DNA of 34,696 bases from Betaproteobacteria bacterium (lineage in GTDB: Bacteria > Pseudomonadota > Gammaproteobacteria > Burkholderiales > SG8-39): the NCBI GenBank assembly GCA_005884335.1, contig VBCJ01000004.1:480-35175 (forward strand), in the 5' to 3' direction. The position numbers and the translations under genes are program-made. Below, piece after piece: positions 15,717 through 24,312 of the stretch (positions are counted from its first letter, which is position 1; each line of letters begins with the position of its first letter). The notes under the pieces are model-generated. The model was not told the origin of the DNA, ran no database searches, and was given only the letters and a program-made list of their open reading frames with translations.

Positions 15717-16922
15717 ATGTTCCTCGAACATCGCCTAGAACGGCTGATCGCGAAGCTCAGACGGACCGCAGCCATCCCGCTGCGCCTCGAGCTGTGGAAC
15801 GGCCGCGCCTACGATCTCGCCAGCGAGCCCAAGGTGAAAATCGGCGTGACTAGCCCGTCGGCCCTTCGCTTCCTGGTGTCCCCCGACCTGATGAAGCTCG
15901 GCAAGGCCTACGTGGAAGGTTACCTGCGAGTCGAAGGGCCGATCCTGGAGGTGTTCCGGGTGGCGGAAAGCTTCGCTCGAGGCGCCGCTTCCGGCGGGCG
16001 CAAAGGATTGCGGCGTGTTTGGCGCCACAACCGCAAGCGCGATCGCGACGCCATTCAGTACCACTACGACGTCTCGAACGACTTCTATTCGCTGTGGCTG
16101 GATCGGAACATGGTGTATTCCTGCGCCTATTTCCGGAGCGAGAGCGATTCCCTGGAGCTCGCTCAGGAGCAAAAGCTCGATCACATCCTCAACAAGCTTC
16201 TGGTCCAGCCGGGCGAGCGGTTTCTGGACATCGGCTGCGGCTGGGGTGCGCTCGTCCTTCGCGCGGCGAAGAAATACGGCGCCCGGGCGACCGGCGTCAC
16301 GCTCAGCCGAAACCAGTACGAATTTGCCTCGCAGCGGATTCGGGAGGAGGGGCTCGAGGGCCGCTGCGAGGTGCGCCTGCAGGACTATCGCGATGTTTCG
16401 GGCGAGGGTGTTTTCGACAAGATCGCGAGCGTCGGCATGTTCGAGCATGTGGGTCTGCGCCATCTCAAGGCCTATTTCGCGAAAATCCGCTCGCTGCTGG
16501 CCGAGGGCGGGCTCGTCATGAATCACGGCATCACCGCGAGCGATCCCGATAATCGCTGGGTGGGGCTGGGTGCGGGGCAATTCATCAACCACTACGTGTT
16601 CCCTCATGGGGAGCTCCCGCATCTTTCACTCGTGCTTCGCGAGATGGCGCGCGCGGGACTCGAGGTTGCGGACGCCGAGTCGCTGCGGCGTCATTACGCG
16701 CGTACTTGCCTCGAGTGGGCCAAGCGCCTGGAACAAAACCGGGAGCAGGCGATCGCGGCCGCAGGGGACAAGCGTTACCGCATCTGGCAGATCTATCTCG
16801 CCGGCTGCGCGCACGGCTTCGAAAACGAGTGGATTAACGTCTACCAGGTGCTCGCCCGGAAGGAAGGCGCAGCGTCCAATCCGCTGCCGCTCACCCGTGA
16901 TTACATGTATCGCGCGGGCTGA
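15717..16922 (+). CDS. cfa: Cyclopropane-fatty-acyl-phospholipid synthase family SAM-dependent methyltransferase
   Basis: IQYHYDVSNDFYSLWLDRNMVYSCAYF, the SAM motif LDIGCGWGAL and SVGMFEHVG are present. Confidence 0.9.
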   Translation: MFLEHRLERLIAKLRRTAAIPLRLELWNGRAYDLASEPKVKIGVTSPSALRFLVSPDLMKLGKAYVEGYLRVEGPILEVFRVAESFARGAASGGRKGLRRVWRHNRKRDRDAIQYHYDVSNDFYSLWLDRNMVYSCAYFRSESDSLELAQEQKLDHILNKLLVQPGERFLDIGCGWGALVLRAAKKYGARATGVTLSRNQYEFASQRIREEGLEGRCEVRLQDYRDVSGEGVFDKIASVGMFEHVGLRHLKAYFAKIRSLLAEGGLVMNHGITASDPDNRWVGLGAGQFINHYVFPHGELPHLSLVLREMARAGLEVADAESLRRHYARTCLEWAKRLEQNREQAIAAAGDKRYRIWQIYLAGCAHGFENEWINVYQVLARKEGAASNPLPLTRDYMYRAG

Positions 16923-16940
16923 TTCGCACCCGCACGGTAT

Positions 16941-17483
16941 TCAGTGAAGCGCGGCGGACCCCCGGGTGCGGAGCAGTTTGTCGATCGCCTCGCGCACCGC
17001 CTCCAAGTGCGGGTTGACGCGCAGCGCGGCGTCGAAGGCGAAGAGCGCACTGTCGGTATCTCCGAGCGAGAGGCAGATTTGCGCGAAACCGCAGATCGCG
17101 CCGTAGTGGCGGGGCTCGAGCTCCAGCGTGCGGTGGATGTTGATCACGCTTTCCTCGTCCCTGCTTTGCATGTAATAGAGCGTGGCACGCTTGTTCCAGG
17201 CTTCGGCGAAATCCGGGTGAGTGGCGACGAGCCTCGCCAGGATGCCCTCGGCCGCCGGGAAATCGAGTGCGGTGAGGGCGCGTGTCGCCCGCTCCAGGTC
17301 GAACGCCGCCGCGGAATCCCGGTAGGCCATCCACAGCCTCCAGATCTCGTCTTCGATGCGCTCGGCGCGTCCGCCGCTCGCGTCGCCGAGCGAGCGGAAC
17401 AAGCCGTCCAGGCGTTCGGGCAGCCGTGGCGAAGGGCGCCGCCGGTCGCCCGTGACGATCAATTTGAGCGTGTCTGCGTACAT
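16941..17483 (-). CDS. Tetratricopeptide-repeat (TPR) protein, 180 aa
   Basis: TPR-like helices are present (HPDFAEAWNKRATLYYMQSRDEESVINIHRTLELEPRHYGAICGFAQICLSLGDTDSALFAFDAALRVNP). The ATG lies 1 nt after the dnaE2 TGA (TGAtATG). Confidence 0.75.
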   Translation of the reverse strand: MYADTLKLIVTGDRRRPSPRLPERLDGLFRSLGDASGGRAERIEDEIWRLWMAYRDSAAAFDLERATRALTALDFPAAEGILARLVATHPDFAEAWNKRATLYYMQSRDEESVINIHRTLELEPRHYGAICGFAQICLSLGDTDSALFAFDAALRVNPHLEAVREAIDKLLRTRGSAALH

Positions 17484-17484
17484 A

Positions 17485-20400
17485 TCAATGAAAATCCCGC
17501 GACGGCGCGGCGAGCTTCCCCAGAAGGGTGCTGTGGTCCGTCAGCCGCCTGGCTACAAGATGCATCACTTCTCCTTCGCGTTCAAGCACCCCTTCGACGC
17601 CCATCAGGCGCGCACCGAGCAGCTCGCGCCGCTGGCGCTCGATGAGATGCGGCCAGACGATGACATTAACATAGCCGGTCTCGTCCTCGAGCGTTACAAA
17701 TACCGTTCCCGAGGCGGTGCTCGGGCGCTGGCGACCGGTGACGATGCCCGCCGCCCGCGCCCGAGTGCCGCCGGGAAGCAGTTTCAGTTCATCGGCGGTG
17801 GCAAAGCGCAGGCGCGCGAGGTGCGCCCGCAGCAGCGCGAGCGGATGGCGTCCCAGAGTGAGACCGGTGCTCGCGTAGTCAGCCACGAGATTCTCTCCCT
17901 CGGTTGGAGTCGGCAAAACCGCCGGAGTTTCCGCAACCGGCGCATCACGCAAGATGTGCGCGCCGGTTTCGATTCCGGCGACCTGCCAGTAGGCGTGGCG
18001 GCGATGGCCGGAGAGCGACTCGAACGCACCGGCAGCCGCCAGACACTTCAGGTCGCGGCGGTCGAGTTCGGCGCGGCGGGCAAGATTTTCGACACTGTCG
18101 AACGGTTGGTTTTTCCGTGCCGCGACGATGCGCTCTGCGCCGGCTTGCGACAGGCCCTGCACCAGGCGGAAGCCCAGGCGGACCGCCGGGTTTCCATCTG
18201 TCCCGAGTTCCAACGTGCACCCCCAATCACTTGACAGCGCATCCACCGGGCGCACCTCGACGCCGTGGCGGCGCGCATCCTGCACGAGTTGCGAAGGCGT
18301 GTAGAAACCCATCGGCTGGCTGTTCAAGAGCGCGGCGAGAAACGCCGCAGGGTGATAGCGCTTGATCCAGGCCGAGCTGTAGGCGATCAGCGCGAAGCTC
18401 GCCGAGTGCGATTCCGGAAAACCGTATTCCCCGAAACCGAGAATCTGGCTGTAGATACGCTCGGCGAATTCCCGAGTGTAGTGTCGTTCCAGCATTCCGT
18501 TTATCAGCGGCTCGCGAAAGCGCTCGATGTCGCCGTTGCGCCGCCAAGAGGCCATGGATCGGCGCAGCTGGTCGGCCTTTCCAGGGGTGAAGCCGGCTGC
18601 GACCACGGCGAGCTGCATGACCTGCTCCTGGAAAATCGGCACGCCGAGCGTGCGCTCCAACACTGATTTCACCGCGTCGCTCGGATACTCCACCGACTCG
18701 ATACCGTCCCGCCGCCGCAAGTAGGGATGCACCATGTCGCCCTGGATCGGTCCCGGGCGCACGATCGCGATCTCGATCACGAGGTCGTAGAAGTCCTTCG
18801 GCTTCAGCCGCGGCAGCATGCTCATCTGCGCCCGCGACTCGATCTGGAACACGCCGATGGTGTCCGCGTGCCGGATCATCTCGTACACCATCGGGTCCTC
18901 GGCGGGGATGTCGGCAACGGCCAGAGGTTGCCCGCGCCAGGCGCCGATCAGATCGAGAGAGCGCCGAATGGCTGACAGCATGCCGAGTGCAAGAACATCC
19001 ACTTTCAGGAGCCCGAGCGCGTCGAGGTCGTCCTTGTCCCACTCGATGACGCTGCGGTCCTTCATCGCAGCGTTCTCGATCGGCACCAGGCGCTCGAGGG
19101 GCCCTCGCGAGATGACGAAGCCGCCGACGTGCTGGGACAGATGCCGCGGGAATCCGAGGAGGGCGAGGGCAAGCTTGATCGTCCGCTGGATTATCGGGCT
19201 CGCCGGATCGAGCCCCGCCTCGAGAATGCGCTGGGGAAGCGAGCTCCTGTCGTCCCACCAGGCGAGGTTCTTCGCCAGCCGGTCGACCTGATCCAGATCG
19301 AGACCGAGCGCCTTGCCGACATCGCGCAGCGCGCTCTTCGGCCGGTAGGTGATGAGGGTAGCCGCGATCGCGGCGCGGTCGCGGCCGTACTTGCCGTAGA
19401 CGTACTGGATGACTTCCTCGCGCCGATCGTGCTCGAAGTCGACGTCGATATCGGGCGGCTCGTGGCGCTCCTTCGAGACGAAGCGCTCGAACAGCCCGTT
19501 CATGCGCGCTGGATCGATCTCGGTGATGCCGAGCGCGTAGCAGACGGCGGAGTTCGCCGCCGAGCCGCGTCCCTGGCAAAGGATTTTTTTCGCGCGCGCG
19601 AATTCGACCACGTCGTAGACGGTGAGAAAGAAAGGTTCGTATTTGAGCTCGGCGATGAGCGCGAGCTCGTGCTCGATCAGCTTGCGTATCTCCTCCGGAG
19701 CACCGTTCGGGAAGCGCCACCCCAGCCCCTTCTCGGTCAGCTTGCGCAGATGACTCGAAGGAGTTTCGCCGGTGGGGACGAGCTCCTCGGGATATTCGTA
19801 ACGCAGTTCATCCAGAGAAAATTTGCAGCGCTCGGCGACGCGCACGGTTTCTTCGAGCAGCTCCGGCGGATAGATCCGCGCCAGGCGCGAGAGCAATCTC
19901 AGATGCCGCTCGGCGTTGGGGTAAAGCGCGTGGCCGCAGGCTCGCACGGTCGTGCGCAGGCGGATGGCGGTCAACGTGTCCTGCAACGCCTTTCGCGAGC
20001 GCACGTGCATGTGCACATCGCCCGCCGCAGCTAGCGGCAGGCCCGAGACCTTGCCCAGCTGGCGCAACCCGGCGAGGCGCGCATGGTCATCCGGTCCCTG
20101 CAGCAGCTCCGCCGCGATCCAGGCACGGCCGGCGAAGCGCTCGGCGACGAACCGCGCGTGCTCGGCGTCGTACCTTCCGCGCGGAGCCAGCAGAACGAGG
20201 CAGCCGGGCAGTCCGCCCTCCAGATCGTCCCGACAGAGCGAATAGCCGCCTTTCTTCGTCCTGCGCCGGCCGCGGGTGATGAGCTGGGACAGATTGCCGT
20301 AGCCTTCGCGGCCGGTGGCAAGCAGTACCAGGCTGGGACCGTCTTGCAGCCGTATCTCCGAGCCGATGACCAGAGGCAGGCCGACGTCTTTCGCCGCGAC

Positions 20401-20568
20401 ATGCGCCCGCACCACGCCGGCGAGCGAGCACTCGTCGGTGAGCGCGAGCGCCCGGTAGCCGAGCGCCGCGGCGCGCTTCACCAGCTCTTCCGGATGCGAA
20501 GCGCCGCGAAGAAAAGTGAAGTTGGAAAGGCAGTGCAGCTCAGCGTAGGCGGGGAGGGGGGAATACAT
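17485..20568 (-). CDS. dnaE2: Error-prone DNA polymerase DnaE2 (ImuC)
   Basis: The internal ATG at 20568 gives MYSPLPAYAELHCLSNFTFLRGASHPEELV, the PHP-domain N-terminus of DnaE2, for about 1027 aa. It follows imuB by 4 nt. The 1141-aa ORF-track start runs into imuB and is rejected. Confidence 0.93.
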   Translation of the reverse strand: MYSPLPAYAELHCLSNFTFLRGASHPEELVKRAAALGYRALALTDECSLAGVVRAHVAAKDVGLPLVIGSEIRLQDGPSLVLLATGREGYGNLSQLITRGRRRTKKGGYSLCRDDLEGGLPGCLVLLAPRGRYDAEHARFVAERFAGRAWIAAELLQGPDDHARLAGLRQLGKVSGLPLAAAGDVHMHVRSRKALQDTLTAIRLRTTVRACGHALYPNAERHLRLLSRLARIYPPELLEETVRVAERCKFSLDELRYEYPEELVPTGETPSSHLRKLTEKGLGWRFPNGAPEEIRKLIEHELALIAELKYEPFFLTVYDVVEFARAKKILCQGRGSAANSAVCYALGITEIDPARMNGLFERFVSKERHEPPDIDVDFEHDRREEVIQYVYGKYGRDRAAIAATLITYRPKSALRDVGKALGLDLDQVDRLAKNLAWWDDRSSLPQRILEAGLDPASPIIQRTIKLALALLGFPRHLSQHVGGFVISRGPLERLVPIENAAMKDRSVIEWDKDDLDALGLLKVDVLALGMLSAIRRSLDLIGAWRGQPLAVADIPAEDPMVYEMIRHADTIGVFQIESRAQMSMLPRLKPKDFYDLVIEIAIVRPGPIQGDMVHPYLRRRDGIESVEYPSDAVKSVLERTLGVPIFQEQVMQLAVVAAGFTPGKADQLRRSMASWRRNGDIERFREPLINGMLERHYTREFAERIYSQILGFGEYGFPESHSASFALIAYSSAWIKRYHPAAFLAALLNSQPMGFYTPSQLVQDARRHGVEVRPVDALSSDWGCTLELGTDGNPAVRLGFRLVQGLSQAGAERIVAARKNQPFDSVENLARRAELDRRDLKCLAAAGAFESLSGHRRHAYWQVAGIETGAHILRDAPVAETPAVLPTPTEGENLVADYASTGLTLGRHPLALLRAHLARLRFATADELKLLPGGTRARAAGIVTGRQRPSTASGTVFVTLEDETGYVNVIVWPHLIERQRRELLGARLMGVEGVLEREGEVMHLVARRLTDHSTLLGKLAAPSRDFH

Positions 20569-20572
20569 GGCT

Positions 20573-21994
20573 TCAGGCGAAAACGCCGTGCAGATACCAT
20601 CCTCCTTCGCCGCGCCACTCGCGATAGATCCACACGAGCGCTTCGCTCTGTGTTCGGGCGACGAAGTAATCGCGGGCGACATCGTCGCCGTCCCACCAGC
20701 CGGACTCGATGCGCTCCGGGCCGGCGAGCAGCTCGAGCGGCCCTTTGTGGTGAGGCACTGCACCGATCTCCGCAATCCGTTTCGGGCGGTCAAGCAGCCA
20801 AAACGGGCGTTCGCCGAAGTCCAGATGCAATTGCTTGGAATCCAGCTCGCCGGCGAAGACTGCGCGTTCGGGGCGGTGCTCCGCCCGCAGGACAAGTCCA
20901 TATACGGCATCGGCGCCGAGCCGTGCGCGCAGCCGCTCGACCAGGTGCTCCCATTGGCCCGGCGGCTTGCCTTGCTCGAACCTCAACCCGAGGTTGTGAC
21001 CGGCGAGCGGCACCACGTCGTCGGCTCGCAACGAGATTTCGCGCACCGGCTCGGCAAGCGTGAAATTGAAGAGCCGCTCGCGCAGGAGCAGTATGAAATG
21101 CTCGGCGTCGCGGGAAGGCGCGACCAGGCCGATCGCGATTTCGGTGGCGGCCTTGTCGCGGTGCCTGAGACTGAGGACGAAGCGCTGCACGCCGCCCGAA
21201 CGCGCGGCGAGGAACCCGGCGAGCTGGATGATCAGCCGCCTCGCGGCGAAGAGCAGCGCCTCGGCTTGGGTGACATCGGCGGGAAGCGAGAGTGCCGCCC
21301 CGAACCGAGCCGGCGGGACGAAAAAATTCCGCGGATCGGAAAGCCGCCCGAGCGCGCGGTCCAGCTCGGCTAGAGGTCCCTGCCCGAAGCGCCGCGCGAT
21401 GCCTTCGCGCGGCAGCGCGCGCAGCTCGCCGAGCGTGCGCACGCCGATCGCCTCGAACGCCGCCAGCGCTTCGTCGTTGCAGCGCAGAACCTCCAGGGGC
21501 AGTGCGGCCAGCACCGGCTCGAGTTCAGCGCTCTCGCCGATAAATTGCTGCTTTCCGGCCCAGGCGAGCCAGAAAGCCGCGCGCGGCGTGGGGGCGCCAG
21601 CGAGCACAGAGCTCCAGCCCATTTCTGCCAACCCCCGGCGCAGGCGCCCGAGAAGCGATTCCAGGCCTCCGAAGAGCTTCAAGCTGCCCGAGACTTCGAG
21701 CAGCACGCCGTCGGGAAATTCGAGCGCCACGCCCGGTGCGAATTGCGCCGCCCACCCTGCCACCCCGAGCAGCGCTTCGGTTTCCGTCGCCGGGTCGCGC
21801 GGCGCAACGCGCAAGGCGGGAGCGAGAGCGAGCGCCGCCTGAACGGCCATGCCGGCGCGAACGCCGCGTGCGAAGGCCTTGCGGTCGCAGGCGAAAACGC
21901 AGTGTCGCTCTTCGACCGCGAAAGGCTCAGGCGTGGACGAGCCGCGCAGAAAAATCTCGAGCGGCAGCCGGGGCAGCCGGATGGCGATCCACAT
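20573..21994 (-). CDS. imuB: ImuB, Y-family DNA polymerase-like protein of the mutasome
   Basis: MWIAIRLPRLPLEIF is the characteristic ImuB N-terminus. The gene sits between imuA and dnaE2. Confidence 0.88.
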   Translation of the reverse strand: MWIAIRLPRLPLEIFLRGSSTPEPFAVEERHCVFACDRKAFARGVRAGMAVQAALALAPALRVAPRDPATETEALLGVAGWAAQFAPGVALEFPDGVLLEVSGSLKLFGGLESLLGRLRRGLAEMGWSSVLAGAPTPRAAFWLAWAGKQQFIGESAELEPVLAALPLEVLRCNDEALAAFEAIGVRTLGELRALPREGIARRFGQGPLAELDRALGRLSDPRNFFVPPARFGAALSLPADVTQAEALLFAARRLIIQLAGFLAARSGGVQRFVLSLRHRDKAATEIAIGLVAPSRDAEHFILLLRERLFNFTLAEPVREISLRADDVVPLAGHNLGLRFEQGKPPGQWEHLVERLRARLGADAVYGLVLRAEHRPERAVFAGELDSKQLHLDFGERPFWLLDRPKRIAEIGAVPHHKGPLELLAGPERIESGWWDGDDVARDYFVARTQSEALVWIYREWRGEGGWYLHGVFA

Positions 21995-22646
21995 GATGGT
22001 TTTTGCCGCGCACGGCGGGCGGCATCGGCGGCAGCAGGATGGGCTGAGCGAGGGGGGCGCCGCGGCGCTTGAGCACGCGTACCGCTAGGCCGCCGTCGCT
22101 CGTGCCGAGCGCGATCCGCAGCGGGGCGGGAGAAGACTCGCTGGCAGCCTCCGGGACCCGGAACAGAAAAGCAGGTGCGCGGCCGCCTTCGGCAGCGATC
22201 TGCAGGCGCCTCAGCTCGGCGTACTTCGCGCCTTGAGGCCAGGCGAGCACCGCGCCGCAGGCGTTCGAGGCAAGCGCCTGCTCGGCCGCCCAGAGCGTTT
22301 CTTTCGGCGAGGCAGTGCGCACGATGACGAGGTTCGCGACATCGATTCCCGCCGCGGCGAGCGCCGGCGCGTAGGGCAGGTGAGGCGGCGCGATCCAGAC
22401 GAGCCGCAATCCGCGCTTGGACAGTCCGGCAAGCGCAGGTCCAAGCAAGCGCAGCTCGCCGATGCCTTCGTGCGCAGGCAATATCTCGGTCAGCGCTCCG
22501 GCAGGCCAGCCCCTGCCGGGAAGCTCGGCGTCAAGCCCGGGAAATCCACATGGAATGGTCGGCGCGCCGGCCCGGCTCAGACTGTCGCCGCGCCAGATGT
22601 CGGGACGATCGAGCAGGACGGCGAAAGAGAAAGGCATGCTCGCCAT
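21927..22646 (-). CDS. imuA: ImuA, RecA/SulA-like SOS mutagenesis protein
   Basis: DIWRGDSL, GFPGLDAELPGRGWPAGALTEIL and LVWIAPPHLPYAPALAAAG are present. Its 3' end overlaps the imuB start by 68 nt. Confidence 0.82.
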   Translation of the reverse strand: MASMPFSFAVLLDRPDIWRGDSLSRAGAPTIPCGFPGLDAELPGRGWPAGALTEILPAHEGIGELRLLGPALAGLSKRGLRLVWIAPPHLPYAPALAAAGIDVANLVIVRTASPKETLWAAEQALASNACGAVLAWPQGAKYAELRRLQIAAEGGRAPAFLFRVPEAASESSPAPLRIALGTSDGGLAVRVLKRRGAPLAQPILLPPMPPAVRGKNHHVDRHPAAPAAARDFSARLVHA

Positions 22647-22673
22647 GGAATCGCGCCTGCGGGAAAGCGAGCG

Positions 22674-23273
22674 TCAAAGAGGTCTGCGGATCACGCCGAC
22701 GCCGAGGCCTTCGATTGCAAAATCGTCCTCGCGCAGATCGACGACGAGGGTCTTGAACTCGGGATTCTCCGGGACCAGTTCGACGGTGTTGCCGCGGCGG
22801 CGCAGGCGCTTCACCGTGACCTCGTCGTGCACCCGCGCCACCACGATCTGGCCCGAGCGCGCCTCGCGCGTGCGGTGCACGGCGAGCAGGTCGCCGTCGA
22901 AAATGCCTGCATCGCGCATGCTCATGCCGCGGACTTTCAGCAGGTAGTCGGCGCGCGGCTGGAACAAGGCGGGATCGACCTGGCAGCGCCGCTCGACATG
23001 CTCCTCGGCGAGAAGTGGGCTGCCTGCGGCGACGCGGCCGATGAGCGGCAGCCCGAGGCCCTCGGTAAGTCGGATGCCGCGCGAAGCACCCGGAGTCAGC
23101 TCGATCGCGCCTTTCCTCTCCAGCATGCGCAGATGCTCTTCGGCGGCGTTGGGCGAGCTGTAGCGGAATGCGTTCGAGATCTCGATCCGGGTAGGCGGGA
23201 AGCCGGTCTTCTGGATGGCTTTGCGGACGAAGTTGAGGATTTTCTGCTGCTTGGGGGTGAGTTCTTCGGTCAT
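22674..23273 (-). CDS. lexA: LexA repressor (S24 peptidase)
   Basis: There is a winged-helix N-terminus ([28 protein letters not shown]). The Ala-Gly cleavage site (GRVAAGSP), catalytic Ser (GMSMRDAGI) and Lys (VTVKRL) are present. Confidence 0.95.
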   Translation of the reverse strand: MTEELTPKQQKILNFVRKAIQKTGFPPTRIEISNAFRYSSPNAAEEHLRMLERKGAIELTPGASRGIRLTEGLGLPLIGRVAAGSPLLAEEHVERRCQVDPALFQPRADYLLKVRGMSMRDAGIFDGDLLAVHRTREARSGQIVVARVHDEVTVKRLRRRGNTVELVPENPEFKTLVVDLREDDFAIEGLGVGVIRRPL

Positions 23274-23286
23274 GGGACCTCCGTAT

Positions 23287-23302
23287 CTGTATTTATATAC
23301 AG
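23287..23302. promoter_or_regulatory. SOS box (LexA operator), CTGT-N8-ACAG
   Basis: ctgtatttatatacag is a perfect match to the beta/gammaproteobacterial CTGT-N8-ACAG palindrome. It lies 14 nt upstream of the lexA ATG and overlaps the predicted -10. Confidence 0.9.
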
Positions 23303-23320
23303 TCTTTGCCCGCTTGGCAA
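23292..23320 (-). promoter_or_regulatory. Putative sigma70 promoter of lexA-imuA-imuB-dnaE2
   Basis: On the minus strand the -35 is TTGCCA (complement of 23315-23320), the spacer is 17 nt, and the -10 is TATAAA (complement of 23292-23297). A GGAGG Shine-Dalgarno (complement of 23278-23282) lies 4 nt before the ATG. Confidence 0.55.
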
Positions 23321-23326
23321 GGGGCG

Positions 23327-23332
23327 TATAAT
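23327..23332 (+). promoter_or_regulatory. Putative -10 element (TATAAT) for the small DUF3460-like gene
   Basis: A perfect TATAAT ends 9 nt before the ATG at 23342, and no Shine-Dalgarno lies between them. A weak -35 (tttgcc, 23305-23310) sits at 16-nt spacing, directly beside the SOS box. Confidence 0.35.
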
Positions 23333-23341
23333 CCGCAACCC

Positions 23342-23533
23342 ATGGCGCAACCCTACGAATCCGATCTCACCCGAATGATCCGCGAGCTGCTCCAGGAGAA
23401 GCCGCACATCGTCCAGGAGCAAAAAAAGGGGCGGGCGCTGTGGTGGGACAAAAAGCTCGACCCCGAGGAGCTGAAGCGCACCCGGGAATCGAGCGTCAAG
23501 CAGCAAGCCTACGTCTATCAAAACAAGGTCTGA
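23342..23533 (+). CDS. Small conserved hypothetical protein (DUF3460-like), 63 aa
   Basis: [63 protein letters not shown] resembles the about 60-aa betaproteobacterial family with the WWD motif. I chose the internal Met because the upstream 12 codons overlap the promoter region. Confidence 0.6.
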   Translation: MAQPYESDLTRMIRELLQEKPHIVQEQKKGRALWWDKKLDPEELKRTRESSVKQQAYVYQNKV

Positions 23534-23618
23534 TTCCCGCCTCCAGGCGTTCGCAGCGGCTATTGCGGCCTGTGTCGCGCTTTGCGGCTGCACTCCACCC
23601 CGTGGTTCCGCCTTCAGC

Positions 23619-24236
23619 ATGGAATCCCCGCCGCTCCCGGCGGACCCGCTGCTGGCGTCGGCCCTCGTCGGGCGCGGTGACAGCCTCGATGAGCGGGAGC
23701 GAATCGCCGAGCTCAACCAGAAACGGGATTGGGACGGGCTATTGCGCTATGCCGAGGAGCGGCAGCGCCGCGATCCCGAAGGCTCCGATTGGGGGGTGAT
23801 CGCCGCCTACGCTTGGGTGCGCCGCGGCGATTATCCGAAGGCGACCTCGGCACTCTCGCGGGTCATTCAACGCAACCCGGAGGACATCGGTGCCTGGAAC
23901 CTGCTTGGGGAGTCCCAGCGTCAGGCAGGGCAGCCGGGTCAGGCAGTTCGCACCCTGGAACGGGCGAGCGCCATAGGCCGGACCTCCTTTGCGACGTTCT
24001 TCCTTCTTGGAGAGGCCTATCGCGATATCAATCGGCTCGACCGCGCGATCACTGCGTATCGGGAGGCCGCGCGCCTGGAGCCGGAATTCGCCCGCGCCTG
24101 GTTCGAACTGGGGGCTGCCGGTATTCGGCTTGGAGAGCGGGATGAAGTCCGGGGTGTCCTGGAGCGCCTGGAAAGGCTCGATCCGCTGCTGGCAGAAGAG
24201 CTCAAGAGGCGCTTGGAAGGCAGGCGGAGTCCCTGA
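23619..24236 (+). CDS. TPR-repeat protein, 205 aa (the true N-terminus may lie upstream)
   Basis: TPR helices are present (PEDIGAWNLLGESQRQAGQPGQAVRTLERA, FFLLGEAYRDINRLDRAITAYREAARLEPEFARAWFELG). The same frame is open upstream to 23475 and there encodes a lipoprotein-like signal with no canonical start codon. Confidence 0.7.
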   Translation: MESPPLPADPLLASALVGRGDSLDERERIAELNQKRDWDGLLRYAEERQRRDPEGSDWGVIAAYAWVRRGDYPKATSALSRVIQRNPEDIGAWNLLGESQRQAGQPGQAVRTLERASAIGRTSFATFFLLGEAYRDINRLDRAITAYREAARLEPEFARAWFELGAAGIRLGERDEVRGVLERLERLDPLLAEELKRRLEGRRSP

Positions 24237-24312
24237 CCTCTGTAGCGCCGGTTTGTCGCATATGTATATTATGTTAAATTAGGCACAGGCTCAAAGGTAC
24301 TTAAGGTCACTT

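Noticed and set aside
13801-15738. A 645-aa plus-strand ORF antisense to livH and the Bug SBP gene
   Set aside because: It has low-complexity R/D/E/G-rich composition and no recognisable domain. It lies entirely opposite two genes with strong family signatures. Long antisense ORFs are expected in GC-rich DNA because stop codons are rare.
22647-22673. A second LexA operator between lexA and imuA, as seen in some mutagenesis cassettes
   Set aside because: The 27-bp spacer contains no CTGT-N8-ACAG or similar palindrome. The cassette is more simply explained as one operon driven from the lexA promoter.
24237-24312. A 76-bp AT-rich convergent spacer between the TPR gene and the TatD gene, considered as a tRNA/sRNA gene or bidirectional terminator
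   Set aside because: There is no cloverleaf and no GC-rich stem followed by a T-tract. I found only short palindromes (catatg, cttaag) and a distant 6-bp inverted repeat (tgacct...aggtca). That is insufficient evidence for any feature.
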